NCBI GenBank assembly: GCA_964421755.1
Contig: CAYQYP010000061.1
Span: 24,143-88,142 of the forward strand
Reading direction: 5' to 3'
DNA length: 64,000 nucleotides
From: an uncultured Acidobacteriota bacterium
Lineage (GTDB): Bacteria > Acidobacteriota > UBA6911 > RPQK01
Shown: positions 9,687-19,714 of the stretch, piece by piece
Layout of the letters: the number at the start of each line of letters is the position of its first letter
Position numbering within the stretch: position 1 is the stretch's first letter
The notes under the pieces: generated by a model
Databases searched by the model: none
What the model saw: only the letters and a program-made list of their open reading frames with translations
What the model was told of the DNA's origin: nothing
Translations under genes and position numbers: made by a program

Positions 9687-11111
9687 ATGAATCAGAGTTC
9701 AGTCAGCCGGCGCGAATTCTTGCGCCGTTCGACCGCGGGGATGACTGTATCCGCCGGATATCTGGCCAAGCGTGATCCCACCACCCCTAATGTCGTCATC
9801 ATTTTCGCAGACGACCTCGGCTACGGCGATCTCGGCTGTTTCAGTTCGAGACTCAAGAACACGCCGAATCTCGACCGGATGGCCTCCGAGGGGATCAGGT
9901 TTACCGACTTTCACGTCGCGCAGCCTGTTTGTGGAGCCTCCAGGGCAGCTCTGCTGACCGGCTGTTATCCAAATCGTATCGGTTTGATGGGCGCCCCCAA
10001 CCACAAAAGCACGACGGGAATCGCCGACTCCGAAATGACCCTCGGCGAGTTGGTCAAGCAGAAGGGCTATGCGACCGCGATTTTCGGGAAGTGGCACCTG
10101 GGTCACCATCCACAGTTCCTCCCGCTGCGACATGGCTTTGACAGGTATCTGGGGCTGCCATATTCAAACGACATGTGGCCGTTCCACCCGGAGGACAAAA
10201 GTCACCCCCCGCTTCCTTTGATCGAAGGCGACCGGGTTACCGAGACCAATCCTGACCAGAGGCTGCTAACGCGCCGATATACGGAAGGAGCGGTTAATTT
10301 CATTAGGCAGAACCGCAACCGTCCTTTTTTCCTTTACCTGGCTCACACCATGCCGCACGTTCCGCTGTTTGTCTCGAAGAGGTTCGCAGGCAAATCAGGC
10401 GCAGGTTTGTATGCCGACGTCATCATGGAAATAGACTGGTCGGTCGGGGAAGTTCTCCAGACCATCAGGCGACTGGACCTGGACCGAGACACCCTGGTGA
10501 TTTTTACGTCAGATAATGGACCGTGGCTGAGTTACGGCGATCATGCGGGTTCTGCAGGTCCGCTTCGCGAGGGCAAAGGCACGGTCTGGGAGGGAGGCCA
10601 TCGAGTGCCCTGTATCATGCGGTGGCCAGGGCGAATCCCCACTGGCGCCGCAACCGCGGAACCGGTGATGACCATCGACCTGTTTCCGACGATCGCGCGG
10701 TTGACCGGTGCGCCCCTGCCGCCTCACCGAATCGACGGCCTGGACATTTGGCCGCTCGCGAGCGGCCAGCCGGGTAACCGCTCACCGCATGACGCGCTTT
10801 ACTTCTTCTGGGGTCTCGAGCTTCAGGCAGTCCGAAGCGAGAACTGGAAGCTTCATCTGCCACACTCGTACACCACCCTCGAGGGCCGGCCGGGGGGCAA
10901 AGGCGGAGTCCCGAGCAAGTACGCGCGCGCCGAGACCCCCTTGGCACTCTACGACTTGGGGACGGACATCGGCGAGACGAAGAACCTGGCAGCGGACCGG
11001 CCGGATATCGTGCGCCGATTGCAGGACCTGGCCGAGCGAGCCGTGGCCGACCTTGGTGATTCCGGAACTCCTGGGACGGGTCGCCGTCCGGTCGGGCGCC
11101 TAAACGGTTAG
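9687..11111 (+). CDS. Tat-exported sulfatase (arylsulfatase family; formylglycine-dependent).
   Basis: Tat motif SRREFLRRS. Sulfatase signature [11 protein letters not shown] (CxAxR formylglycine site) and sulfatase-like GKWHLG. Start chosen at the ATG preceded by GGAGAG. Confidence 0.85.
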   Translation: MNQSSVSRREFLRRSTAGMTVSAGYLAKRDPTTPNVVIIFADDLGYGDLGCFSSRLKNTPNLDRMASEGIRFTDFHVAQPVCGASRAALLTGCYPNRIGLMGAPNHKSTTGIADSEMTLGELVKQKGYATAIFGKWHLGHHPQFLPLRHGFDRYLGLPYSNDMWPFHPEDKSHPPLPLIEGDRVTETNPDQRLLTRRYTEGAVNFIRQNRNRPFFLYLAHTMPHVPLFVSKRFAGKSGAGLYADVIMEIDWSVGEVLQTIRRLDLDRDTLVIFTSDNGPWLSYGDHAGSAGPLREGKGTVWEGGHRVPCIMRWPGRIPTGAATAEPVMTIDLFPTIARLTGAPLPPHRIDGLDIWPLASGQPGNRSPHDALYFFWGLELQAVRSENWKLHLPHSYTTLEGRPGGKGGVPSKYARAETPLALYDLGTDIGETKNLAADRPDIVRRLQDLAERAVADLGDSGTPGTGRRPVGRLNG

Positions 11112-11116
11112 CGACC

Positions 11117-11239
11117 GCCGAACCCCAAGGACGACAAGGACAACAAGGACAACAAGGACAAAAACTACAAAAGCCTGAAGCGATCTTCTGTCTTCGTCCT
11201 TGGTGTCTTTGTTGTCCTTGTTGTCCTTGGGGTTCGGCA
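11117..11239. repeat. Roughly 120-bp hairpin with about 45-bp arms built from tandem CAACAAGGA 9-mers (GAACCCCAAGGACGACAAGGACAACAAGGACAACAAGGACA … inverted copy).
   Basis: The long imperfect inverted repeat is read directly. It lies between the sulfatase stop and the GT2 gene start. Confidence 0.7.
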
Positions 11240-11308
11240 CACCTCAAACCGTTACCTCCTTGACGCGTTTCGTGGATCTCATTTACCCTTCCAGTCGGAG
11301 GTACTCCG

Positions 11309-12778
11309 TTGTTCAAGGGTGGTCGCAAGCTTTGCAGCATCAGCGTGGTGATCCCCGTCTATAACGAGCGTCGGACCATCTCCGAAATCGTCCGGAGAGT
11401 CCAGGCCTTTCCTCGGGAAAAGGAGATCATCATTGTCGACGACGGATCGACCGATGGGACACGCGCCGTCGTGGCTCGTCTTCAGGACGACCCCGAGGTC
11501 CGTGTTTTCCTCCAGCCACACAACCAGGGGAAGGGGGCGGCGCTCCAAAAGGGCTTCGAGCTGGCCACCAAGGAAGTGGTCATCGTCCAGGACGCTGACC
11601 TTGAATACGACCCTGCCGACTACGAACTTCTGCTTAAGCCAATCGAGGCAGGGCGCGCCGACGTCGTGTATGGTTCCCGCTTTCTGCACGGGGAACGTCG
11701 GGTTCTGTATTTCCGTCACTCGATCGGCAACCGGCTGCTGACCTTGCTGTCGAATCTGTTCACGGACTTGAATCTGACCGACATGGAGACCTGCTACAAG
11801 GCCTTCAAAAGGGAAATCATCCAGAACATCAGGCTGCAAGCAAAACGCTTCGGTTTTGAGCCGGAAGTAACTGCGAAAATCGCAAAGCTGCCCTGCACTG
11901 TTTACGAGGTGCCGATCAATTACCACGGACGCTCCTATCTCCAGGGCAAGAAAATCACCTGGAAAGATGGAATTGCCGCCTTCTGGTATATCGTCCGTTT
12001 CTCCCTGAGCCGGAATTTCGTGAAGGATAACGAGGCCTTGGAACGAGTGCTGGTCAGTCCACCGGAGCCTGTTGACCACGGAATCGCTACGCTCGAAGCT
12101 TTTGAGCAGGCAAGGCGGTACAACCAATGGATTTTCAGCCGCTTCAGTCGACACGTTGGTTCCAGCGTCCTGGAGATCGGGTCGGGTATCGGGAATATCG
12201 CGGCGGACGTGCTGACTCACCCGGGGGTGGAAGAAGTGGTCGCGACGGATTCCAGCAGTTCCAGCCTGACGGTCCTCTATGATCGGTTGGGGGCCGATTC
12301 GCGGCTCTCCTGTGTCACTTGGGACGCGAACACCAGCCCACCGCCGGAGTTGGCGGGTCGACTGTTCGACACCGTCATCTGCTCAAACGTGCTGGAGCAC
12401 ATTGAGAATCACGAAGCCGCGCTGAGTGCGATGGCTGGCCTTTTGCGTCCCGGTGGAAAGCTGCTTTTGCTGGTCCCTGCCCACCCCTACCTTTACTGTC
12501 GGCTCGACAAGGAGCTTGGTCACTTCAGACGCTACCGCAGGCGGGAACTGGTGAGATTGCTCGAACAGCTAGGCTTTCAGGTAGAAAAAGTGGCCAATCA
12601 TAATTTCCCCGGGGTTATCGGCTGGTTCTGGTCCGGCAAAGTCAGGGGAAGGGACATGCTCCACCAGAAAAGCCTGCGACGGTTCGACCGCCTGGTCCCG
12701 CTCATCAGGCGGATTGATCCATTGATCAGGGGCCCGCTGGGCGGCATCTCGCTGATCAGTATTGCCCGCCGGAAATAA
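11309..12778 (+). CDS. Bifunctional family-2 glycosyltransferase (DPM1-like) fused to a class I SAM-dependent methyltransferase domain.
   Basis: N-terminal VVIPVYNE…IIVDDGSTDGT…DADLEYDP GT-A motifs. C-terminal LEIGSGIGN SAM-binding motif and CSNVLEHI methyltransferase motif. TTG start preceded by GGAGG. Confidence 0.75.
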   Translation: MFKGGRKLCSISVVIPVYNERRTISEIVRRVQAFPREKEIIIVDDGSTDGTRAVVARLQDDPEVRVFLQPHNQGKGAALQKGFELATKEVVIVQDADLEYDPADYELLLKPIEAGRADVVYGSRFLHGERRVLYFRHSIGNRLLTLLSNLFTDLNLTDMETCYKAFKREIIQNIRLQAKRFGFEPEVTAKIAKLPCTVYEVPINYHGRSYLQGKKITWKDGIAAFWYIVRFSLSRNFVKDNEALERVLVSPPEPVDHGIATLEAFEQARRYNQWIFSRFSRHVGSSVLEIGSGIGNIAADVLTHPGVEEVVATDSSSSSLTVLYDRLGADSRLSCVTWDANTSPPPELAGRLFDTVICSNVLEHIENHEAALSAMAGLLRPGGKLLLLVPAHPYLYCRLDKELGHFRRYRRRELVRLLEQLGFQVEKVANHNFPGVIGWFWSGKVRGRDMLHQKSLRRFDRLVPLIRRIDPLIRGPLGGISLISIARRK

Positions 12779-12788
12779 CTGGAGGGGT

Positions 12789-14060
12789 TCACGCGACGTA
12801 CGGCACCGTCTGAGGTCCTTCCGGCAGGACTGCAATCGCTGCCTCTTTGCCGTACTTCTCAATCAGTCCACCCACCGCGCGCTCGATCGATCGGCAGGGC
12901 CGAAGCAAAGCGGCGATGATTGCCTCGTCGGTCAAACCGTCCGCGTAGACGAAGACGTAAGCCTTTTCTTGGATTTGTGCCTGGATCTGCGCTTGCCATT
13001 GATCTTGTGCCAGGAACCCGGGCGCGCACACCGTTCTGAGGACCTGCCGGGGGCTACCCGCCTCGCGCAGCAGCTGGCCGTAAAGCCCATGATCAGGGAT
13101 CCCGTCCCAACACTCGGCCGCTATCACGATCGTCCCACCCGGTTCGACCACTTGTGCTGCGGCGCTCATCCCCTTAACCGATTGGTACAGATTAAGATCC
13201 AGTGGATAGCCGGAATTCGTTGTGATGACGATTGGGAACCTCTTCGGCACAGGAACCATGGCCTTTTCCTTCACCGATTTGCAGCCGGCAGCGTGCGCAG
13301 CCTGCCAATTGCCGGCAAAGACACCCGTTATCTCCTTGGCCCGATTGAGCGTTACGTTGACGAGGAACGTGGGATTAAGCCGGCCGGCGACCTCCTGTAT
13401 CTCTTCCCAGATGGGATTGCCTCGAGTCACGCCCCAGGTTGCCTCAGGCGATGAGATCATCCGGGCGTCGTGATTGCCGAGAACCGTCGTCAAGCCCGCC
13501 ATGCCTGGCATGATTGCCTTCCCGCCACCGGAAAAGCCGGCGAAGAAATGTGGTTCGATGAACCCCGTCAGGATCTTAACGTCGCATTCTACGAACTCCC
13601 GGTTCAGCCAGATCTCGTGACCTCGGTTGCTCTTCCCGAGGAAGACCTGAGTGGTCGGGTCAAAGGCGCTGTTCTGGACGATTCGGCAGTTGCGAAAGAG
13701 CTCATCGCCCAACATAGTCCGTAGCTCTTCGTCGGTGTTCGGGCGGTGGGTGCCCAGTGCGTTGAAAAGGACAATGCTCGAAGGATTCACCTGCTTCAGC
13801 TCGGCCAGCAGAGCCGGGATTATGAGGTGGCTCGGGGACGGCCTGGTGATGTCGCTGAAGACGATTCCGATCTTCTGACCCGCTCGCACGATTTCGCGCA
13901 AAGGAGCGGATTCGCGCGGTTGCCGAAGCGCTTCCCCGAGTGCTGACTGTGGGTCCGGAAGACCTGGTTCGTGCCGAGGCTCGAAAACGGAGACGTTCAG
14001 GCAATCGTCAAGGCAAACCTTCAGGCCCTTCTTACCGTACGCCAAGTTGATGTCCATCAT
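12789..14060 (-). CDS. larA: LarA-family (nickel-pincer cofactor-dependent) lactate racemase-like protein, DUF2088.
   Basis: The N-terminal MMDINLAYGKKGL matches the LarA start pattern. Length is about 420 aa with conserved His-rich internal motifs. No larB, larC or larE genes lie nearby. Confidence 0.6.
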   Translation of the reverse strand: MMDINLAYGKKGLKVCLDDCLNVSVFEPRHEPGLPDPQSALGEALRQPRESAPLREIVRAGQKIGIVFSDITRPSPSHLIIPALLAELKQVNPSSIVLFNALGTHRPNTDEELRTMLGDELFRNCRIVQNSAFDPTTQVFLGKSNRGHEIWLNREFVECDVKILTGFIEPHFFAGFSGGGKAIMPGMAGLTTVLGNHDARMISSPEATWGVTRGNPIWEEIQEVAGRLNPTFLVNVTLNRAKEITGVFAGNWQAAHAAGCKSVKEKAMVPVPKRFPIVITTNSGYPLDLNLYQSVKGMSAAAQVVEPGGTIVIAAECWDGIPDHGLYGQLLREAGSPRQVLRTVCAPGFLAQDQWQAQIQAQIQEKAYVFVYADGLTDEAIIAALLRPCRSIERAVGGLIEKYGKEAAIAVLPEGPQTVPYVA

Positions 14061-14094
14061 CCCTATCTTACGACGTTGAAGGCTTGGCAAGCTT

Positions 14095-14405
14095 TACGGA
14101 ACCGCAAACACAGCGCTTTTTGCGGAGTGCGCGGATTGTCAGGGTGCGCTCCGAAGCACTCGGGGTGGGGTATCGAGTTTTACAGAACCGCAAACGGAGC
14201 GTTTTTTGCGTAGTGCGCGGATTGTCACCGGAAGCGACGCCTCGCTCCGAGCCTGGTTGCTTACGGCCGCAATCCGCGCACTCCGCAAAAGACGCTCCGT
14301 TTGCGGTTCTGTACAGTTCGCCGACTCCATGGCGACGCCTGGGTCTGTTAGACGCTGAGCAGTCTTCAGTCCCAATCCGAAATCCGCAATCCGCAATCCG
14401 CAATC
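14095..14405. repeat. Intergenic repeat block. Three copies (two direct, one inverted) of a roughly 45-bp self-hairpin unit GAACCGCAAAC(A/G)GAGCG(C)TTTTTGCG(G/T)AGTGCGCGGATTGTCA, followed by CCGCAAT heptamer tandem repeats ending at the amidase stop codon.
   Basis: Units at about 14098-14142, 14183-14232 and (inverted) 14267-14318, then aatCCGaAATCCGCAATCCGCAATCCGCAATcag, all read directly. Confidence 0.75.
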
Positions 14406-16050
14406 AGGAGGAGCTTCTCACCTCTGCCTCCCTCAGAAACCGGGGCGATTTGCGAGCCTTGGTGGCCTGCTCGAAGGCATACGCCAACCGGATCAGTACC
14501 GCTTCGGTCCATGCCCGGCCGAAGAACGAAATCCCCACCGGCAGCTCATGCACGAACCCCATCGGCACCGAGATGTTGGGGTATCCCGCAATCGCAGCCG
14601 GGCTCGAACTGCCTCCCATAAAGTGGTCGCCGTTCACGTGGTCGGTAAGCCAGGCCGGTCCCCCGGTTGGAGCCACAATCGCATCCAGACGATGGGTAGC
14701 CATCAGCTTGTCGATTCCGTTTTCGCGCGACAACTGCCGGCACTTAGCCAGACTTTCCAGATACTCGGTGGAGGTCAGCGGACCCTTCTCCTGGGCGGTA
14801 ATGAACACGTCCTGCCCGAAGAACGGCATCTCTCGATCCTCGTTTCGTTTGTTGAACGCTATCAGATCGGCGAGAGATCGAACCACGGTTCGATCGCCCA
14901 GGTTCGCAAGATAAGCATTCAGATCCGCCTTGAACTCGTAGAGCAGCACCTGAAACGAGTTCTTTCCCAATTCCGACCGACCCTCGAACTTGACCGGATC
15001 GATGATTTCTGCGCCCCGGTCCTTGAGGGCTTTAATCGCGGCGTCGAAGAGCTTGTCGACGCCGGGGTGAAAACCGGCGAAATCGCGTGCCACGCCGACA
15101 CGAGCTCCTTTCAGGCCATCTGGATCGAGGCTTTGTCGGTAGTCCGGCACACCGGACCGCATCTGACGGGTGACTGGATCACGGTCGTCCGGACCGGCAA
15201 GGATTCCGAGCAGGATCGCCGCATCGGCCACGCTTCTGGCCATCGGCCCGGCGGTGTCCTGAGAATGAGCGATCGGCACAATCCCCGCGCGGCTGACAAG
15301 GCCCACGGTTGGTTTGATTCCGACCACTCCGTTGGCATTCGACGGGCAGACGATCGAGCCGTTTGTCTCGGTGCCAATGGCTGCGACACAAAGATTTGCG
15401 GACACGGCCACCGCGGAACCGGAGCTCGAGCCGCAGGGATTACGTTCCAATATGTATGGATTGCGGCACTGGCCGCCTCGTGCGCTCCATCCACTCGACG
15501 AGTAATCCGATCGGAAGTTGGCCCACTCGCTCAGGTTCGCCTTGGCGAGTAGGACTGCCCCGGCTTCGCGAAGCCGTGAAGCGACGCCGGAGTCCCGGGT
15601 GGGTATCGAGTTTTCAAGGGCGAAAGAGCCCGCCGTGGTGGTCATGCGGTCGTGGGTATCGATATTGTCCTTGAGGACGATCGGTATCCCGTGGATCGGG
15701 CTTCGAGGCCCCTTGGTCTTACGTTCCTGGTCCAGTTCGTCCGCGATCCGGAGAGCCTCGGGATTAACCTCGATCAGCGAACGCAACGTGGGTCCCTTGC
15801 GGTCCGTCCGCTCGATCCTTTCGAGGTACCACTGGGTTATCTGGTGCGAGGTCAGCTCGCCGGCAGCCATCCGAGAGGCGAGCTCAGAGATCGAGGTTTC
15901 ATCAAGAATGAGCCTCGCGTCTTGCGCCCGGCTCTGTGTCTGCCCGGACGCCGATCCCAGCCCCACTACCGGCCCTGCGGCCGCCAGAGTCTTGACGAAG
16001 TCTCTTCGGTCAATACCGTCAGTTCGTGATGATCGACTGAAAGTGCTCAC
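14404..16050 (-). CDS. Tat-exported amidase (amidase-signature family).
   Basis: Tat signal SRRDFVKTLAAAG. Amidase signature region GGSSSGSAVAVSA and the K…S-cisS…S catalytic region. GTG start at 16050 preceded by a strong SD (GGGAGGGAGGaaacGTG). Confidence 0.8.
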   Translation of the reverse strand: MSTFSRSSRTDGIDRRDFVKTLAAAGPVVGLGSASGQTQSRAQDARLILDETSISELASRMAAGELTSHQITQWYLERIERTDRKGPTLRSLIEVNPEALRIADELDQERKTKGPRSPIHGIPIVLKDNIDTHDRMTTTAGSFALENSIPTRDSGVASRLREAGAVLLAKANLSEWANFRSDYSSSGWSARGGQCRNPYILERNPCGSSSGSAVAVSANLCVAAIGTETNGSIVCPSNANGVVGIKPTVGLVSRAGIVPIAHSQDTAGPMARSVADAAILLGILAGPDDRDPVTRQMRSGVPDYRQSLDPDGLKGARVGVARDFAGFHPGVDKLFDAAIKALKDRGAEIIDPVKFEGRSELGKNSFQVLLYEFKADLNAYLANLGDRTVVRSLADLIAFNKRNEDREMPFFGQDVFITAQEKGPLTSTEYLESLAKCRQLSRENGIDKLMATHRLDAIVAPTGGPAWLTDHVNGDHFMGGSSSPAAIAGYPNISVPMGFVHELPVGISFFGRAWTEAVLIRLAYAFEQATKARKSPRFLREAEVRSSS

Positions 16051-16093
16051 GTTTCCTCCCTCCCCGTCTCGGCGACTGGAACCCGCACAGTCC

Positions 16094-16903
16094 CTATTTC
16101 TGCCCACTCACCTTTCTTCCCACGATGTACTCTGCCAGCCGGGGGCTGATTTCGTTGAGCCACAGTAACCCCCGGAGCTTCGACGGAAGGAACAGCTCGC
16201 GGCGTCTCTTCCCCATGGCTTCGATGATCGACCGGCTGATCGAATCGACGGATAGCGACTCGCTAGTGTGCTTTCGCGTGGATTCTCCGACCACTGTCCC
16301 TTCCTTGCCGAACGCGTTACGTCGGAGATTCGTACCGGTGATCCAATGCGGAAAGACTTCAAGGATATCGACCCCTGTCCCATGCAACTCATGGCGAAGC
16401 GAAGAGAAGAAACCGTGCAGCGCGTGCTTGGATGCCACATATCCTGTATGGTACGGCACTCCGATTCGTCCCTGGATCGAGCAAATCCCCACGATCATTC
16501 CCCTGGAGGCCTTCAGATGGGGCAGGGCGTAATACGTGCAGTAGACTCCGCCCAGGTAGTTCACCGCCATGACCTTCTCGAAAACGTCCAGGTCCTGCAC
16601 CTCTTCAAACTTTGCCCACATGCTGACGCCGGCGTTGACGATCAGGTAATCGATCTTCGGGGAACTGGACATGGCCGTGTCCACGAATCGACGACATTCG
16701 GTTCGATTGGTTACGTCGCCGGTGACGATAGCCGTGGTAGCGCCGCGTTCGCGGCAATCTTCGGCCGTTTCTCCGAGCCGATCGGATTGCCGGTCAAACA
16801 ACACGAGGTGGACCTGCTGACCCGCGCAATCCAAGGCGAGTTGACGTCCGAGGCCCGATGCCGCGCCGGTGATCAGTATGGTTTTGCCCGCTTGACTTAC
16901 CAT
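16094..16903 (-). CDS. SDR family oxidoreductase.
   Basis: TGAASGLG Rossmann motif and an SDR-typical YxxSK catalytic region. It sits in an operon with the upstream Gfo/Idh/MocA gene and the downstream amidase. Confidence 0.8.
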   Translation of the reverse strand: MVSQAGKTILITGAASGLGRQLALDCAGQQVHLVLFDRQSDRLGETAEDCRERGATTAIVTGDVTNRTECRRFVDTAMSSSPKIDYLIVNAGVSMWAKFEEVQDLDVFEKVMAVNYLGGVYCTYYALPHLKASRGMIVGICSIQGRIGVPYHTGYVASKHALHGFFSSLRHELHGTGVDILEVFPHWITGTNLRRNAFGKEGTVVGESTRKHTSESLSVDSISRSIIEAMGKRRRELFLPSKLRGLLWLNEISPRLAEYIVGRKVSGQK

Positions 16904-16914
16904 TGGCCGTCAGC

Positions 16915-18357
16915 CTAGAGGCTCCATCCGGACCGGTAGGTCGGGCGGACGTACTGGTTGATTTCCTCGACGTTCGTGCACTTGAGCTCGGCGCCGTCCC
17001 AAGACAACCGCTGCCCAGGTTGCTTAAAGCTCAGTGCTCCCATCAGCACCGACTCCACCATCGGACCGACCGCTTCGAAGTTCGCGCTCGATGGTTCGCC
17101 TCCCTTGCAGGCATCCAGCCAGTCACGGTGGTGGCCCTTGACCCGGCGGATCGTCGGCTCCGGACGCTTGAAGGCGGCCATGGCTGTCTCCGGGATGAGT
17201 CGCGGCGACCCTCCCCATCCACCGCACACCATCTTCCCCTTGTCGCCAACGAACAGAATGCCGTGGTCGGCCGCGAGTCTACGTCCGACTTCCAACTCCG
17301 GCGGAGTCTCCGGCCCCAGGCCTCCGTCATACCAAGTCATTTCCACCGGCGGAAGCCCCTCGCGAGCCGGGAAATTGAAGTAGACGATGCTCGCGTGCGG
17401 GAACGTCTCGGAAGAGCCGGCGTAGGTCCGCGCCTCTGTGTTCGTCGGATGGGTCAGCTTGAGTCCCCAGAAGGCGGGGTCAAGGTGGTGGCAGGCGAAA
17501 TCCCCCAGGTGCCCGGTGCCGAAATCCCACCAGCTCCGCCATTTCACCGGCGCGTATTCCGGATGATACGGACGCTCCGGGGCGGGTCCCAACCAGAGGT
17601 CCCAGTTCATACCCGAGGGAACCGGCACCGTCTCTTTCGGCCGCTGGTGCAGCTGCGACCATGGGATCAGGGTTGCCCAGGAATGGACCTCACGAACGGC
17701 TCCGATGGCGCCGCCCTGCAGCCACTCGACCGTCACCCGGATTCCCTGTCCACTGTGGCCGTGATTGCCCATCTGTGTCGCAACCCCGGCGTTCTTGGCC
17801 GCTTCGCGGATCTTGCGCGTCTCCCAGAGGGTGCGGCAAAGCGGTTTCTCGCAGTACACGTGCTTTTTCAACGCAAGCGCAGCCATCACCGTTACAGCAT
17901 GAGCGTGGTCGGGAGTCGCCACAAGCACCGCGTCGATGGCTTTTTCCTTGTCGAACATTTCGCGGTAGTCAACGTACCCGACGCACTCCTTGAAATTCTT
18001 CTTAGTGTTGAAGTCGTTGATTAACTTGAGCGCCGGCAGCCTCCCCCAGGTACCACGGTAGTAGAAGGGGCTGTAATCCGCCTGCTCGGTCGGGTCTGCG
18101 ATTGCGATGATCCTCGCATCGGGCTCCTGAAACAGGCCCCGGATGTTCACGACGCCCTGGCCGCCCGTCCCGATGATGGCCAGATTCACGGTATCGCTCG
18201 GCGCGACATATCCCCGGCCCCCAAGCACGTGACGCGGAAGGATGACAAGGCCGGTCGCTGCGCCGCCTCGGCGGAGGAAATCTCGTCGGGACCATCCCCC
18301 GGTCACTGATATCGATGCTTCCTTCTGATTCTGGTCGGCTGTCCTGTTCCTGCTCAT
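16915..18357 (-). CDS. Tat-exported Gfo/Idh/MocA-family NAD(P)-dependent oxidoreductase.
   Basis: Tat motif SRRDFLRRGGAA and Rossmann motif IIGTGGQG. The EKP and HH motifs are typical of Gfo/Idh/MocA (GH109-like). ATG at 18357 follows SD AAAGGAGT. Confidence 0.8.
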   Translation of the reverse strand: MSRNRTADQNQKEASISVTGGWSRRDFLRRGGAATGLVILPRHVLGGRGYVAPSDTVNLAIIGTGGQGVVNIRGLFQEPDARIIAIADPTEQADYSPFYYRGTWGRLPALKLINDFNTKKNFKECVGYVDYREMFDKEKAIDAVLVATPDHAHAVTVMAALALKKHVYCEKPLCRTLWETRKIREAAKNAGVATQMGNHGHSGQGIRVTVEWLQGGAIGAVREVHSWATLIPWSQLHQRPKETVPVPSGMNWDLWLGPAPERPYHPEYAPVKWRSWWDFGTGHLGDFACHHLDPAFWGLKLTHPTNTEARTYAGSSETFPHASIVYFNFPAREGLPPVEMTWYDGGLGPETPPELEVGRRLAADHGILFVGDKGKMVCGGWGGSPRLIPETAMAAFKRPEPTIRRVKGHHRDWLDACKGGEPSSANFEAVGPMVESVLMGALSFKQPGQRLSWDGAELKCTNVEEINQYVRPTYRSGWSL

Positions 18358-18848
18358 CAGATGACTCCTTTTATGTGAGCACATGATACTCCAAGCAGGA
18401 GCAGCTTGTGGAACGGGGAAGCATCCGAGCAAGGTCTCAGCGAGGGCCGCGCAGACGGCAACGCGCGAAGTTGAAGTCAGTGTTAACCGGATCTATTATC
18501 GAAAGTAGAATCTACCTTCGCTCATGGCATCCCAGGTGGAAGCCGCGGGATGGGGCCTTGAGGCAGCCCGAACTCCTCCGGACTCTTCTCGGCTCCGTCC
18601 CGAGACTGCCAAAGTGACCCCGACTGACAAGTAAGTCGGTCGCCAGAACCTGGTCCGTCCTCGTACGTCTCACTCCGTGTCTCTGCAGGTCCTTGTAGCT
18701 GATGAGCTCAATTCCGCGCATCACGGAGATGAGTATCCCTTTCATCACTCTCTGCCTGGGGTCCGAGATACGAAGTGCAAAAGCCAACCTTTATCGCTTC
18801 GTGTCTTTCTGCCTTGGTGTCTGTGTGGTTAAATCATAAGGAAGCAAC

Positions 18849-19697
18849 ATGCGCAAGCGAGAAGGATCAGTGGTTTGCCCGTCCTGTGGTTACCTGGTGG
18901 GCGTGAACGACGAGACCTGTTACAACTGCGGACGGAGAAACCCCGGTCTTTGGGGCTTCGCATCCTCTCTGCAGCGCCTCGGGAACATCAACTTTCCCCA
19001 GGTCGTCATTGTCACCTGCGTTGTGCTCTACATCCTGATGCTGGCTCTCGCACCCGATGAGATCGGCGGGCGGGGCATGCTGGGTTTCCTCTCGCCCAGC
19101 TCGGTCAGCCTTGTTGTTTTCGGAGCGAGCGGAGCGGTGCCGGTTTTTGGTTACGACCGCTGGTGGACTGTGCTGAGTGCCTCCTGGCTGCACGCCGGGT
19201 TACTGCACATCCTTTTCAACATGCTGTGGGTTCGTGATCTGGCTCCCGCAGTGTCGAGCCTGTACGGCTCCAGCCGGATGGTCATCATCTACATCATCTC
19301 CGGTCTCGTCGGATTCGCAGCTAGCACGTTTGCCGGTTACTACCTGGCTTTTCTCCCTTCGTTCCTGGCCGGGGCAAGGCTTACCGTCGGCGCGTCGGCG
19401 TCGATCTTTGGGCTGCTCGGTGCTCTTATCTACGCCGAACGACGCGGCGCGGGTATGTTCATCGGCCAGCAAGCCAAGATGTGGGCCATGATCCTCTTCC
19501 TGTTTGGGCTGTTCATGCCCGGGATCGACAACTGGGCTCACCTCGGTGGGCTCGCGGGTGGCTTCGGGGTCAGCGCCTGGCTCAACCCGCTCAAACGGGA
19601 GCGGTTGGAAGACACGGTAGGCGCCTTTGTCCTGGTGATTCTGAGCGCCGCGGCAATAGTGTGGTCGGTGATCACCGGGCTCCGGCTGCTGGCATAG
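18849..19697 (+). CDS. Rhomboid-family intramembrane serine protease with an N-terminal zinc-ribbon.
   Basis: CPSCGY…CYNCG zinc ribbon. Multi-TM body with the GASGA(I/V) rhomboid serine motif and a downstream AHLGGL histidine motif. Confidence 0.8.
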   Translation: MRKREGSVVCPSCGYLVGVNDETCYNCGRRNPGLWGFASSLQRLGNINFPQVVIVTCVVLYILMLALAPDEIGGRGMLGFLSPSSVSLVVFGASGAVPVFGYDRWWTVLSASWLHAGLLHILFNMLWVRDLAPAVSSLYGSSRMVIIYIISGLVGFAASTFAGYYLAFLPSFLAGARLTVGASASIFGLLGALIYAERRGAGMFIGQQAKMWAMILFLFGLFMPGIDNWAHLGGLAGGFGVSAWLNPLKRERLEDTVGAFVLVILSAAAIVWSVITGLRLLA

Positions 19698-19714
19698 GTC
19701 CAGCACTAAGCTTT

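Noticed and set aside
10615-11340. 241-aa minus-strand ORF overlapping the sulfatase gene.
   Set aside because: It is antisense to a confidently assigned sulfatase and has low-complexity R/P/G-rich translation.
11279-12220. 313-aa minus-strand ORF antisense to the GT2-methyltransferase gene.
   Set aside because: It is the shadow ORF of a gene with clear GT-A motifs.
14548-15552. 334-aa plus-strand ORF inside the amidase gene.
   Set aside because: It is antisense to a gene with an amidase signature. No SD.
16903-18024. 373-aa plus-strand ORF antisense to the Gfo/Idh/MocA gene.
   Set aside because: Shadow ORF.
18433-18848. A roughly 415-bp intergenic region between the Gfo/Idh/MocA and rhomboid genes, considered as a possible ncRNA locus.
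   Set aside because: No recognisable RNase P, tmRNA, SRP or 6S signatures were seen by eye. The only ORF (91 aa, minus strand) looks spurious. It is left unannotated.
19481-19714. Upstream extension of the aspartate kinase ORF (the ORF track starts at 19481).
   Set aside because: It overlaps the rhomboid gene. The conserved aspartate kinase N-terminus ([13 protein letters not shown]) begins at the ATG at 19715.
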